A stretch of 49,718 nt of DNA, taken from contig JAJZDH010000001.1 of the NCBI GenBank assembly GCA_021828665.1, forward strand, positions 1 through 49,718. Reading direction: 5' to 3'. Source of the stretch: Thermoplasmata archaeon (GTDB lineage Archaea > Thermoplasmatota > Thermoplasmata > Lutacidiplasmatales > UBA184). The translations under genes were made by a program, and so were the position numbers. Shown piece by piece: positions 19,856-29,369 of this stretch (the first letter of the stretch is position 1; every line of letters starts with the position of its first letter). The notes under the pieces were generated by a model. It had not been told where the DNA came from. It was given only the letters and a program-made list of their open reading frames with translations, and searched no databases.

Positions 19856-22021
19856 CTATTCGAAGCGACCGATCCCCGAGCCGGAGGACTGCTGCCGACC
19901 GGCCTCGAACATCGACACGGCATTCTTGTTCTTCCCGGACATCGCGGCCACGGCCATGGAGATCGGCCGATTCCTCTGGGTCACCCGGATGAAGCCCGCC
20001 CCGAGGAAGCCGGCGGTGGCGGCCTGCAAGGCGACGTTCGCGACTCCCACCTGGGCGGCAATCCCGATGGGGGAGATGACCGGCAACGCGGGTGGGATCG
20101 CAATCGGGATGGGGGGTGGTACGATGGGAGGGGGCGGAGGCAGAGCGATCGGGGGCGGCCCGACGGGGGTCACCTCCACGGTCAGTACGGCCACGGGGAA
20201 CGATTCGACCACGGACGTCACGTTGGTGATCGGCAGGTACGCCGCCCACGAATACAGGCCGCCCACGGGCTGGCTACCGGCCACCGCGCAGGAGTACCCG
20301 AGGCAGGCATCGACCGGCACCGTGGCGAACGGCGGCCCGTTCACGATCACGTTGAACGAAACCGACCAGATATCCCCGATGTACATCTGGTTGGTCGAGG
20401 CATTGCTGCTCCAGTTCCAGCCGTAGGTGCTGTACACGCCGGACGCCCCGCTGCCGCTGAATCCCGTGTAGTTGGCCTGGACCGGCTCCGCGACGCAGTG
20501 CGTCGGACCGGCCCAGAGCACGCCGTTCCCCAGCGCGCACGACGAGGTGAAGTTGGGGCCCCCCAGCGATGCCGGGGCGATCTGGACGGCTCCGTAGGGC
20601 GCGAACTGGAACATGGGCTGGTGGGTGCCGTTCGCGACCAGCGTGGTCTCGATCGGTCCGAAGCCGATCCCGCGGAACGCCGCCAGCAACGTCGGGTTGT
20701 TGGTGTTGGGCGTGTAGGGGCTCCCGATGGGGACCTCCTGCAGCTGGCCGGTCTGCCCGTCCGGGCAGGAGAAGTAGTTGGGGCCGTTCCACGTCCCGCC
20801 CGTGGCGGCGGCCATGGCGCACCCGGCGAGGAGGATGTCCGTGGAGTCCTTCCAGGAGAGGACGCTGTTGGGACCACCGTTCGTCCGGCCGGCCACCCAT
20901 TGCTTGGAATACGGGTTGGTGACCCCGTTGTACAGGTCGATGACATCCACCGTGCACACCTTTCCGATCGAGTCCGTGCACTCCGGCGCGGTGCGGGCAA
21001 GACCGGCGATGGAGTCCGAGACATTGCCGTTGTTGGAACGGACCCAGCCTTCGCACTCCGGGCTCTGGACCGCCCCGAAGTTGTAGGACGGTTCGCATCC
21101 CGGACTCATGCAGTTCTGGCAGTAATTGGCATAGTCCGAGGAACTCGGGTAATAGTTGATCGTGAAGCTCGGATCCCGCGGAACCGTCGATCCCATCCAG
21201 ACGATGACATGGTGCGTGTTCGGCGACCAGTCGAGGCCGCTTCCGATGATGGTCCCGTAGAGCGCCGTGATCACCGAGGAGTGGAGGATGTTGTCCGAAA
21301 GGTCCGAATCGGAGTAGATGTACCCGCCGTCCAAGACATTGGCCTGGAAGGATCCCGCGACGGCGCTTCCGAAGTCGCTCGCCGGGACGAAGGAGGGGAT
21401 GTCGACATGGTACTCGAGCCCATCTCCGTCGTCAAAGTTGTCGAGCGTCGCAAAGTAGTCCACCATGGCGAAGGAGACCTGGCTGTGGGGATTCGCGGCC
21501 TGGATCGCCCCCGCGATCTGCTGGGCGTGGGCGACGAAGAACGGGACCCCGTTCGATTCGTCGCAGACCGCGCCGCCCCCCTGGGCGCAGACGTCGTTGC
21601 CAGGGTCGCCCGCGCTGGGATCGTAGACGCCATCGTAGGCGGTGGTCTCCACCACGAAGGCGACCTGCACGGCCGGCCACGCCTCAATCCCGTTCGGGGA
21701 GGCTTCGGCGGTCATGGTCACCCGGCTCACTCCGTTCCCCACCGCGCAGTCGGTCCCCCCGTAGGCGCAGACGGCTCTCGGATTGTCCGAGATGGAGAGC
21801 GTGAGCCCGGGAACCGCCTGGGCCGAGGGGACGGGAATGGCCGCCGGGGCGGCCAACGACACCAACGGCGTCGCATCCACCGGCGGGGCCGGCGCGATCG
21901 CCGGATGGATGGAACCCGTGCTCGTCGCCGGCACCGCCGGGCCGAAGGCCCCGATCAGCACCCCAAGGACAAATCCGGCCAATAGCAAGACCAGCGTTCG
22001 GCGCCCGAAGACCTTCCTCAT
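19856..22021 (-). CDS. Secreted Cys-rich protein with a vWA-like domain, Pro-rich stalk and unusual C-terminal motif (721 aa)
   Basis: Signal peptide MRKVFGRRTLVLLLAGFVLGVLIGAF. vWA-like order of elements: VQVAFVVETTAY (degenerate DxSxS), VSFAMVDY, HVIVWMGS, VDVIDL, MAAATGGTW. ATGA overlap with the upstream gene. Confidence 0.8.
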   Translation of the reverse strand: MRKVFGRRTLVLLLAGFVLGVLIGAFGPAVPATSTGSIHPAIAPAPPVDATPLVSLAAPAAIPVPSAQAVPGLTLSISDNPRAVCAYGGTDCAVGNGVSRVTMTAEASPNGIEAWPAVQVAFVVETTAYDGVYDPSAGDPGNDVCAQGGGAVCDESNGVPFFVAHAQQIAGAIQAANPHSQVSFAMVDYFATLDNFDDGDGLEYHVDIPSFVPASDFGSAVAGSFQANVLDGGYIYSDSDLSDNILHSSVITALYGTIIGSGLDWSPNTHHVIVWMGSTVPRDPSFTINYYPSSSDYANYCQNCMSPGCEPSYNFGAVQSPECEGWVRSNNGNVSDSIAGLARTAPECTDSIGKVCTVDVIDLYNGVTNPYSKQWVAGRTNGGPNSVLSWKDSTDILLAGCAMAAATGGTWNGPNYFSCPDGQTGQLQEVPIGSPYTPNTNNPTLLAAFRGIGFGPIETTLVANGTHQPMFQFAPYGAVQIAPASLGGPNFTSSCALGNGVLWAGPTHCVAEPVQANYTGFSGSGASGVYSTYGWNWSSNASTNQMYIGDIWSVSFNVIVNGPPFATVPVDACLGYSCAVAGSQPVGGLYSWAAYLPITNVTSVVESFPVAVLTVEVTPVGPPPIALPPPPPIVPPPIPIAIPPALPVISPIGIAAQVGVANVALQAATAGFLGAGFIRVTQRNRPISMAVAAMSGKNKNAVSMFEAGRQQSSGSGIGRFE

Positions 22022-25000
22022 GGAGAACCCCCCTGAACCGTGGATTTGTTGCCGTCAAGCCGCTGGGGCGATGGATTCGTGGCCGGTGGGCTCCAGCCCG
22101 ACTCGGTCCTCCAGGGGCCGAGCCCGAGGTAGGCCACCACGCCGATGGCCGCAATGCCCGCCAGGAGGAGAGCCGATCCCAAGGTGAACCCACCCGAACC
22201 GCTCGTGGCCGTGGCCGAGACCGGGGTCAGGGCCAGGGTGGCGGGAAGGATCGCGGAGGACTTCGCCACGACCGGGCTGAAATTCGGCAGGTACCCGGCG
22301 GCCGACACATTGATCCGGTACGTCCCGAAATAGACCCGCGCCGAGAAGGTACCCTGGGCGGTGGTGAAGAGCGTGCCCTCCGACACCGGCAACCCATCCT
22401 CGGTGGCTCCCGAAATGACCACGGAAGCGTTCGCGATCGGGGCTCCCGTCAGGGAGTCCACCACCAGACCGGAGATCTCGGTGGATCCCGGGTAGAGCAG
22501 GATATTGCGCGTGACCGCCGCTCCCGAAATTCCGACCGATATGTTGACGGTTCCGTAGCCTCCGGCGTTGCTGGCGGTCACCGGTGGGGAGACCGTGATC
22601 GTGTAGGTCCCGTTGGGCAGGGCCACGGAATAGCTCCCCGTCGGGCCGGAGGAGGCGAGCTGGGTGCCGCCGACCACGATCCGGGCCTGGCTGATCGGCG
22701 CCCCGGTCAGCCCGTCGCTGATGAGGCCGCTCACCGTGTACACCGTCTGGGGAAGAGCGAACTCGATCCCGCTGAGGTCGGCGTGGACCGTGATCGTTCG
22801 GCTTTCGGCGCTGTATCCGTTCTGTTCCGCCGTCAACACGTAGACCCCCCAGGGAATCGAGAGCACGAACCCTCCCGAGGCGTTGGTGGCGGTGGCGAAG
22901 TTCGACCCGGCCGTCACCACGGCCCCATCGAGGGGGGTGGAATTCTCCCCGCCCACGACGCTGCCCTGCACCGAGTAGAGCAGATTGGTTCCCGTGGGGA
23001 TGAGGAAGATCGTGAAGATGGTCGTGACGATCCCCGCCAGCAGGACGACATGCACGTACGCGTCCTGGTAGTTCGGTCCCGCGACCACGAGCACGTACGG
23101 TCCGGGAGGGCCCGAAAGGGAGAACGCGCCGGAAGCGCTCACCGGGACGTTCCCGGTGCAGTTGCCGACGCTCCACCGCTCGCAGGCCTGGACCAGCGCA
23201 CCGACGACCGGTGCGTTCGTGTCCTGACCGAACACGGTGCCTTGGACCGTCCCCAGGGCCTCGAGGAAGATCGTTCCGATGCTCGCATACTCGCCCGGCC
23301 CCAAGGAGAGCGACAGGTACGTGGCATTGTATCCGGTCGCATTGAGGGCCAGGATGTAATTGCCGTACGGGACCGAGAGTTCAAACTGCCCGATCGAATC
23401 GGTCAGGACCGTGACAAAGCAGGGACCGGTCGGTTGACCGGGGAGGGCGATCGCGGAGCACATGCTCACGTTCGCCCCCACGACCGGGAGACCCGACGGG
23501 TCCCCGAGGAGCGTTCCGGTGACGGTGGCATACTGGTCGATCACGAAGTTTCCCGCCCATTCCCAGACATCGGACCGGACCAGGATGGTGCCGGGGGTGG
23601 TGTTCTCCGAGTATCCGGGCGCGGAGATCGCGATCGTGTCCCGGCCCGGGTCGGCCACCACCCAGAAGTAGCCGGTGCCGTTCGTCGTGACATTGCTGTT
23701 CTGGCAGGTCGGCGATGCGATCGGGCAGACCGACACCGTCGCCCCGTACAGCGGAACGTTCCCGGGGTAGACGAAGATCCGGCCGGCGACCACCCCGAGG
23801 CCGGTCAGATTGAGGGGGGTCAAGTTCCCCAGCTCCCCGACTCCGACCTTGACCCGGGTGTTGTTGGTCAGGTAGCCATTCAGGGTGACCGACACCTGAT
23901 CCACCGCGCCCGGTGGGGCATCGGACATGAAGAACCCGGCACCGTTGGAGATGATCCCCACGGTCCCGGAACCATTCGGGTTCGAGACGGTCGCCGAGGC
24001 CCCGTAGACCGGTACCCCGAGCGCCGAGTCGACCACCGTCCCCCATACCCATCCCCACGGCTGCAGCAGGATGGAACCGATCTGGGCGGAACTGCCGTTG
24101 ACGAAGGTGGTGGCGCTCTCGTTGACGCTGATGTTCTCCACCACCGTGCCATTGAAATCGGGAGCGGCGACGGTCAGCGTCAGATTCCTTCCGATCGGCG
24201 CGGTCATATTCACGAATCCATGGCCATCGGCCACGGCCGAGGCTCCCGAGACCACCGAGTCGTTCTTGGTGATCACGGTCGCCGTGGCGACGGCATACGG
24301 GACGACGCTCGACGTGCCCCCGAAGGCCGCCACCGAGGCATCCACCTGGAAATTCAGCCAACCGAAATGGGCGAGGGAGATCTTCGGCAATAGCCAGACG
24401 GCGGAGGCGGAGATGTTCTCGAGCAGGGAGAGGTTGTTCGCAAACCAGGCGAGCGGGAAGCGATACGAGAAGTTGTGGGGCATGTACGCCGACACCTGGG
24501 AGGCCGGGGTCAACCCGTTCGTGATGTTTCCCGGCGGCATGAAGATCGTGTACTCGCCGCCACCCCCCAGCGCCTCCGTGTACGTGAAGACGGCAAAGTT
24601 CGGCGTCGCCACCGTCAGGGCGATGCTGCCGAAGCGGACCGGAGTGGCGTTGTTGGTCGACCCGTCCCGCACCACGCCCGTGAACGCAGTGTAGATGACA
24701 TTCCCCATCACCAAGAACGGAAGGCTGCCGTTCTTGGTCGTGTTCCAGACGGTGTCGTTCTCGAGGAACCCCTGACGCGCCGATCCTTGACCGCCGCCGG
24801 AAGGCACCGAAAAGACGAGGTCCGCCTTGGAGTTGACCGCCGAGATGTTGAAGAATCCGCCGGAATCCGTTTCGCCAAGCGAAGTGATCTCATGATTGTG
24901 GCTCGCCACGGTGACCAGCGTCTGCACCCCGATCCCCTCGGAGATCGTCACCACGTTGCGCCAGGGATCCACCACGATCCGACCGCGAAGGTACCCCAAC

Positions 25001-28000
25001 GGAACGAGCCGGATGGTGCTCTCGTTGATGTAGGGCGCCGAACCGTTCACCGTCAGGAAGCCGGACCAGGGGTAATAGACCCCCGTATAGGTGACATTGA
25101 ACGAGTACGCTCCCACACCGAGGGTGAAGTTGAACTGGCCGATGTCGGAGATCGAGCTCGCCACGGTGACGGGCGTCCCGCCGCCCACGGGGTCCAGGCT
25201 GATGGTCGCCGAGGGGACTCCGAGTCCGGTGGAGTTGTCCACAATGAACCCGTAGACATACGCCGCCGAACCGTTCGTCGCATGCGGCCGGGACGCCGGG
25301 AGTCCCGCCGATCCCAGAATCGGCCGAAGGACGATCGTCGTGGCCGTATACGTCTGGCCCGGTTCGGTGACGTTGACCCAGGTGCTGTTGCTGAGATACC
25401 CGGGAGCGTTCGCCACGACCATGTACCCGCCGATCGGCAGATGGGCGGCAGGCAGCAGCGCGAAGTAGCTGCCGTTGGTGCTCGTCAGACCCGATCCGAT
25501 GATCGGCAGGCAACCGACCCCCTTGTTGGAGATCGGGCACACCTGGGCGGAGGAGGTATTGAGAGAGTACCCGTTGGGTCCGACCACCCGTCCCTCCAGA
25601 TAGGATTCCGGGGTCAGATAGATGGTCCGGGCATGGACGATCCCGGACCCGACATAGACCCACGTAAAATTGACCAGGAAATTCGGGGACGCGGCGTGCA
25701 CCAGAACCCAACCGGGAAGCGCCGTGATGGCATACGCCCCCGCCGCATCGGCCACCGTACCCCCGGAGGGTTCCGTATTGAGGCCGGCGGCGGAGAGGGA
25801 GACGGTGACCGCACCGGGTAGCGGCTCCCCGGTGAGGGCATCCAGCACCGTGCCGGTGATCTCGGCGCCCGTCAGATTGATGGAGGTGGCGTGGCGCGGG
25901 CTCGCGAGGTCCAGAGGTAGTGGAAGCTGGCTCCACACTCCGGGGGGCACGTACGCTACCGTGGAGTTCGAGGTGGACGTGAGTCCGGTGATGCTGATGA
26001 GGGAAGGGCCGGGGACCACCGGCACGCAGAAGTAGTAGTACGTTGCCGGACAGCCGGCGGGGTCCTCGTCCACATGCTGATAGTAGATGGTGATGTTGTT
26101 TTGGAGGTAGTACGTGTTGCCCGGCGCCGTCGCTCCGCACCAGCTGAGCTCGTCCGTCGAGCAGTCCGACGCACTCCACAACGCCGTCGAGGGGGCCACA
26201 TTCCCCAGAACGTAGGTTCCCGGCGTGAGACCCACGGAGCCGATGTTCAGGATCCGGTCCGGGGTCGCATTGATGTACGACCAGTTCCCGGTCACCGGTA
26301 GATCGCCGGGGATCGGCCAGGTCGGGATGGGCGGGTGGCAGGTCCCGGTGTCGTCGGGAAGGATATTGATCGAGTTCCGGAGCGGGGCGGCGATCATTTC
26401 GACGGTGTTATTCAGGTTGCCGCACCCCTGGCCTCCTTGGCACTCGGAGTTGGTCATATTGTAACCGCCGAAGGTATTCTGGGTCACCTGCGAGAACTTG
26501 AATCCGTCCAGACTGCACACGGTCTCGTACACGAGACCGGTGCCCCACTTCGCGATCGCGTTGGCCGCCGCCTTCGCGTAGGTCAGGGTGGGCGTCAGCT
26601 CGACGATTCCGTTCTGGATCAGGTTGATCCGGCCCATGTTGTAGGTATGGCCCGGCGCGAGTTCGGGGACGGTGATGTAGGTGGTATTGGAGATGTATCC
26701 GGTCGCATAGAACGTGATCAGATCCGGCGCCGCGGGGGCGATCGCGATCGGGGAAACCGGACCGGGAGAGCCGGGAAGTACGGTGACCGACCCTTCGTTG
26801 AAGCAGACCCCCGTGTTGTCGCGCTCGCAGGCCCTGATGGCGGCGAACGCAAAGAACGAGCCCAACCAGTTGTAGATCTCCTTTCCCGTGGTCGAGCTGT
26901 AGAGAGTGGCCGTCACCTTGACTCCCAGCTGGAGATACATCACATTTCCGCCGCCGATCCCCCAGTTGGTGGAATCCACCTGGCCGGGCTGGAGGTCGAC
27001 ATAGACATTGCTCGGGAAATAGAGACCGTTTCCCTGCACGGGCGTGAACGTGACCTCAGATGGCCCCGGAGGGACGAAGGTGCAGAAGTGTCCGGCCGAA
27101 TTCGTGTACGCCGAGGGTGACGCAATGATCCGCCCGTCCCGGCTCTGGCCGACCGCCTCGATATCGGCTACCGGTTCGTGGCCGGGATCGGCTCCCTCGA
27201 CGTAGCCGCAGATGCTGGCGTCCGGCACGAGAAAGATCGTGCCGACATCGTAGTTGCTTCCGGCCGAGATGTTGGTGAGCAGGGTGTAGTTGTCCAGGTA
27301 ACCTCCCGCCGTCACCTGGATCTGATCGGCCGGGACCAGCACGACGATCTTGAAATAGCCATTTTGGGTCGTCGTACCCGGGGCGCAGGTGGTCGTCGGA
27401 CAGGACAGGCCGACAGGGTAGGCTTGAACCGCGGCCCCCGGTACCGCAGTGACCGCGCCGTTGACGAGCGTCTTCACATATCCCCACGCCGTCGCCGTCT
27501 GGAGATTGGTCGTCGCGGCGCGGACCGAGGAAGCCTGGGTTCCGCTACCGGGATGGGCCGACGGGGCTTGGAGAACCCCCCAACCGGGCTGTCCGCTCGC
27601 GTTGGTCACATTGTTCCAGATGTTGAGCTGGAGGCCCGTGGGGTGGGGGAACAGGGAGGGAGTTGCCGCCAGTGTTTGGGAGGTGACCAGCGGCTCAGAT
27701 TGGGGATCTTGCCCGATATTGACCTGGGAGGGGCGAAGACCTGGACTGGAGGTCGGCCCGGAAGCGGCGACGTCCCGGAGGGCCGCGTTGCCTCCCGCTC
27801 CTGCACCGAGCCCGCTCGAGGTATTCGACGTCGTGCTTCCGGCGAACACCGAGATCACCGAGAGCGGGGAGAGGATCATGAGGGCGCCCACGCCCACCGC
27901 GAGGGCGATCGCCACGGCCCGCTGCCCCCGGTTCCACGGCACGAACGGGAGGCGGCGGCCGGTGGGGAACCGTTCGGTCCCGTTGTTCGTCAAACGATCT

Positions 28001-28026
28001 CCGAGGCCTTTCGCGGCGGCGCCCAT
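22018..28026 (-). CDS. Giant surface protein with many carboxypeptidase-regulatory-like beta-sandwich repeats and a C-terminal TM (~2002 aa)
   Basis: ATG 28026 lies ~26 nt downstream of TTTATAAT. Repeated units such as ITGTVLDALTGEPLPGA, VSGLISDGLTGAPISQARI, ISGLVVDSLTGAPIANASV...GTYRINVSAAGY. TM SALLLAGIAAIGVVAYLGL. Confidence 0.85.
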   Translation of the reverse strand: MGAAAKGLGDRLTNNGTERFPTGRRLPFVPWNRGQRAVAIALAVGVGALMILSPLSVISVFAGSTTSNTSSGLGAGAGGNAALRDVAASGPTSSPGLRPSQVNIGQDPQSEPLVTSQTLAATPSLFPHPTGLQLNIWNNVTNASGQPGWGVLQAPSAHPGSGTQASSVRAATTNLQTATAWGYVKTLVNGAVTAVPGAAVQAYPVGLSCPTTTCAPGTTTQNGYFKIVVLVPADQIQVTAGGYLDNYTLLTNISAGSNYDVGTIFLVPDASICGYVEGADPGHEPVADIEAVGQSRDGRIIASPSAYTNSAGHFCTFVPPGPSEVTFTPVQGNGLYFPSNVYVDLQPGQVDSTNWGIGGGNVMYLQLGVKVTATLYSSTTGKEIYNWLGSFFAFAAIRACERDNTGVCFNEGSVTVLPGSPGPVSPIAIAPAAPDLITFYATGYISNTTYITVPELAPGHTYNMGRINLIQNGIVELTPTLTYAKAAANAIAKWGTGLVYETVCSLDGFKFSQVTQNTFGGYNMTNSECQGGQGCGNLNNTVEMIAAPLRNSINILPDDTGTCHPPIPTWPIPGDLPVTGNWSYINATPDRILNIGSVGLTPGTYVLGNVAPSTALWSASDCSTDELSWCGATAPGNTYYLQNNITIYYQHVDEDPAGCPATYYYFCVPVVPGPSLISITGLTSTSNSTVAYVPPGVWSQLPLPLDLASPRHATSINLTGAEITGTVLDALTGEPLPGAVTVSLSAAGLNTEPSGGTVADAAGAYAITALPGWVLVHAASPNFLVNFTWVYVGSGIVHARTIYLTPESYLEGRVVGPNGYSLNTSSAQVCPISNKGVGCLPIIGSGLTSTNGSYFALLPAAHLPIGGYMVVANAPGYLSNSTWVNVTEPGQTYTATTIVLRPILGSAGLPASRPHATNGSAAYVYGFIVDNSTGLGVPSATISLDPVGGGTPVTVASSISDIGQFNFTLGVGAYSFNVTYTGVYYPWSGFLTVNGSAPYINESTIRLVPLGYLRGRIVVDPWRNVVTISEGIGVQTLVTVASHNHEITSLGETDSGGFFNISAVNSKADLVFSVPSGGGQGSARQGFLENDTVWNTTKNGSLPFLVMGNVIYTAFTGVVRDGSTNNATPVRFGSIALTVATPNFAVFTYTEALGGGGEYTIFMPPGNITNGLTPASQVSAYMPHNFSYRFPLAWFANNLSLLENISASAVWLLPKISLAHFGWLNFQVDASVAAFGGTSSVVPYAVATATVITKNDSVVSGASAVADGHGFVNMTAPIGRNLTLTVAAPDFNGTVVENISVNESATTFVNGSSAQIGSILLQPWGWVWGTVVDSALGVPVYGASATVSNPNGSGTVGIISNGAGFFMSDAPPGAVDQVSVTLNGYLTNNTRVKVGVGELGNLTPLNLTGLGVVAGRIFVYPGNVPLYGATVSVCPIASPTCQNSNVTTNGTGYFWVVADPGRDTIAISAPGYSENTTPGTILVRSDVWEWAGNFVIDQYATVTGTLLGDPSGLPVVGANVSMCSAIALPGQPTGPCFVTVLTDSIGQFELSVPYGNYILALNATGYNATYLSLSLGPGEYASIGTIFLEALGTVQGTVFGQDTNAPVVGALVQACERWSVGNCTGNVPVSASGAFSLSGPPGPYVLVVAGPNYQDAYVHVVLLAGIVTTIFTIFLIPTGTNLLYSVQGSVVGGENSTPLDGAVVTAGSNFATATNASGGFVLSIPWGVYVLTAEQNGYSAESRTITVHADLSGIEFALPQTVYTVSGLISDGLTGAPISQARIVVGGTQLASSGPTGSYSVALPNGTYTITVSPPVTASNAGGYGTVNISVGISGAAVTRNILLYPGSTEISGLVVDSLTGAPIANASVVISGATEDGLPVSEGTLFTTAQGTFSARVYFGTYRINVSAAGYLPNFSPVVAKSSAILPATLALTPVSATATSGSGGFTLGSALLLAGIAAIGVVAYLGLGPWRTESGWSPPATNPSPQRLDGNKSTVQGGSP

Positions 28027-28051
28027 CGTGGGTCCCACGACCGCGATTTCA

Positions 28052-28066
28052 ATTATAAACCTTTGG
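28052..28066 (-). promoter_or_regulatory. Archaeal BRE/TATA promoter, probably giving a leaderless transcript of the 28026 gene
   Basis: Minus strand CCAAAGG-TTTATAAT, ending 26 nt before ATG 28026. Confidence 0.7.
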
Positions 28067-28549
28067 CCGACGTAGTGGCGTACTCTCGACGGAGGACGTG
28101 CCGTACGTCGATCCGGTCGGCAACCCCCTTGCCGGCTTCCCAAATCCAGGATCGGGCCGGTCCGATCGGACACGGGTCACCGAGCCGGGGGAGGCGGCAC
28201 GCAAGCGGGCCGATGGGAGGCCGGAGGGCGCGGGCCCGGCCCACTTCCGTTCGCGCCGAAGTCGGACCCGGGGATCGGACGGGCCCGGCACCAAGGGAAC
28301 CGTCCGGTGAACCCGGCCCGACCGACCCGCGGCCGTTCGGTGGCCCCGGAGGAATGTTCCATCGGCCCACGGGAGGGGGGCCGTTTGCCGGCATCCGCCA
28401 AGGAGATCCGCGCGGCGCTTCGTTCCACAAGCGGCCGTGGATCCCCAGACCCCCCGCCGAGGAACGATCGGGACTGGGACTCCGGCGACATCGGCCGGGC
28501 GACCGGTTCGAAAGGAATAAGCGATGGGGGAGTTTCGGCCACCGGACCC

Positions 28550-29215
28550 ATGACCGAGATCCTTCCTGGGATTCACCAGATCGAGAACATCGATCCGTCG
28601 CCGGAGTTCACGACCCACGTCTATCTCTTGAAGAACCCGAAGAACGGCCACACCCTCATCGACAGCGGCCTTCCGGGGTCGGAGAAGGCGATCCTCGCGC
28701 ACCTGGACCGCATCGGCGTGCGCCCCCACGAGGTCACCTCCATCGTGGTCACGCATCTCCACAACGACCACACGGGCTCGCTCGTCGCGCTGAAGCGGCT
28801 TACGGGCGCCACGATCTACGCCCACTGGCTGGAAGCGGCGTTCATCGCCGGCCATCCACGCTACGATGGGCGGGGGATGCCGCCCGACCATCCGATCGAC
28901 GTGGACGTCCGGTTGCGGGACGGGGAGCTTCTTCCCGCGGCCGGTGGCTTGGTCGCCTACCACACCCCGGGGCATACTCCCGGGCACACCGCGTACTACC
29001 TGCCGGAACGCCGGATCCTCTTTTCCGGGGACCTCTTCTTCGGGACCCCGGCGCTGGCCCTCACGCCTCCAGAGTACACCCACCACATCCAGAGCGCCCA
29101 GATCTCGGCCCGCCGGATCCATGAACTCCGACCGGAGGCGATCCTGAGCTACCACGGGGGACCGTTCCCGAAGGGCGCAGGCCCCCTGCTCGCCCAGCTG
29201 CTGCCCCGGATGTAG
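28550..29215 (+). CDS. MBL-fold metallo-hydrolase (~221 aa)
   Basis: Start MTEILPGIHQI. Motifs LIDSG, THLHNDH (HxHxDH), HTPGHTPGH, FSGD and YHG. Confidence 0.9.
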   Translation: MTEILPGIHQIENIDPSPEFTTHVYLLKNPKNGHTLIDSGLPGSEKAILAHLDRIGVRPHEVTSIVVTHLHNDHTGSLVALKRLTGATIYAHWLEAAFIAGHPRYDGRGMPPDHPIDVDVRLRDGELLPAAGGLVAYHTPGHTPGHTAYYLPERRILFSGDLFFGTPALALTPPEYTHHIQSAQISARRIHELRPEAILSYHGGPFPKGAGPLLAQLLPRM

Positions 29216-29250
29216 GCGGGGGCGCCCCCCCCCGCGCCCGGCTCCCGGGA

Positions 29251-29325
29251 TGGGACTGGCCAGATTCGAACTGGCGTCTCGGAGTCCCGAACCCCGAAGG
29301 ATGGACCAAGCTACCCCACAGTCCC
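29251..29325 (-). tRNA. tRNA-Pro (anticodon CGG), intronless, CCA not encoded
   Basis: Minus strand GGGACTG TG GGGT AGCTTGGTCC ATCC TT CGGGG TT-CGG-GA CTCCG AGAC GCCAG TTCGAAT CTGGC CAGTCCC A. Full cloverleaf with G37. Confidence 0.93.
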
Positions 29326-29360
29326 TTGGAGCCGGAGCGCGTCCGCCCACCCGCGAGCCG

Positions 29361-29369
29361 ATATATGAA
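29361..29369 (-). promoter_or_regulatory. TATA box of tRNA-Pro
   Basis: TTCATATAT ~36 nt upstream of the tRNA 5' end, in otherwise GC-rich DNA. Confidence 0.6.

Noticed and set aside
29251..29325. tRNA-Pro as the integration site of an island carrying the surface cluster
   Set aside because: I found no integrase or transposase and no duplicate of the tRNA 3' end in the window. The lower GC of the surface genes can be explained by their Asn/Thr/Ser/Tyr-rich composition.
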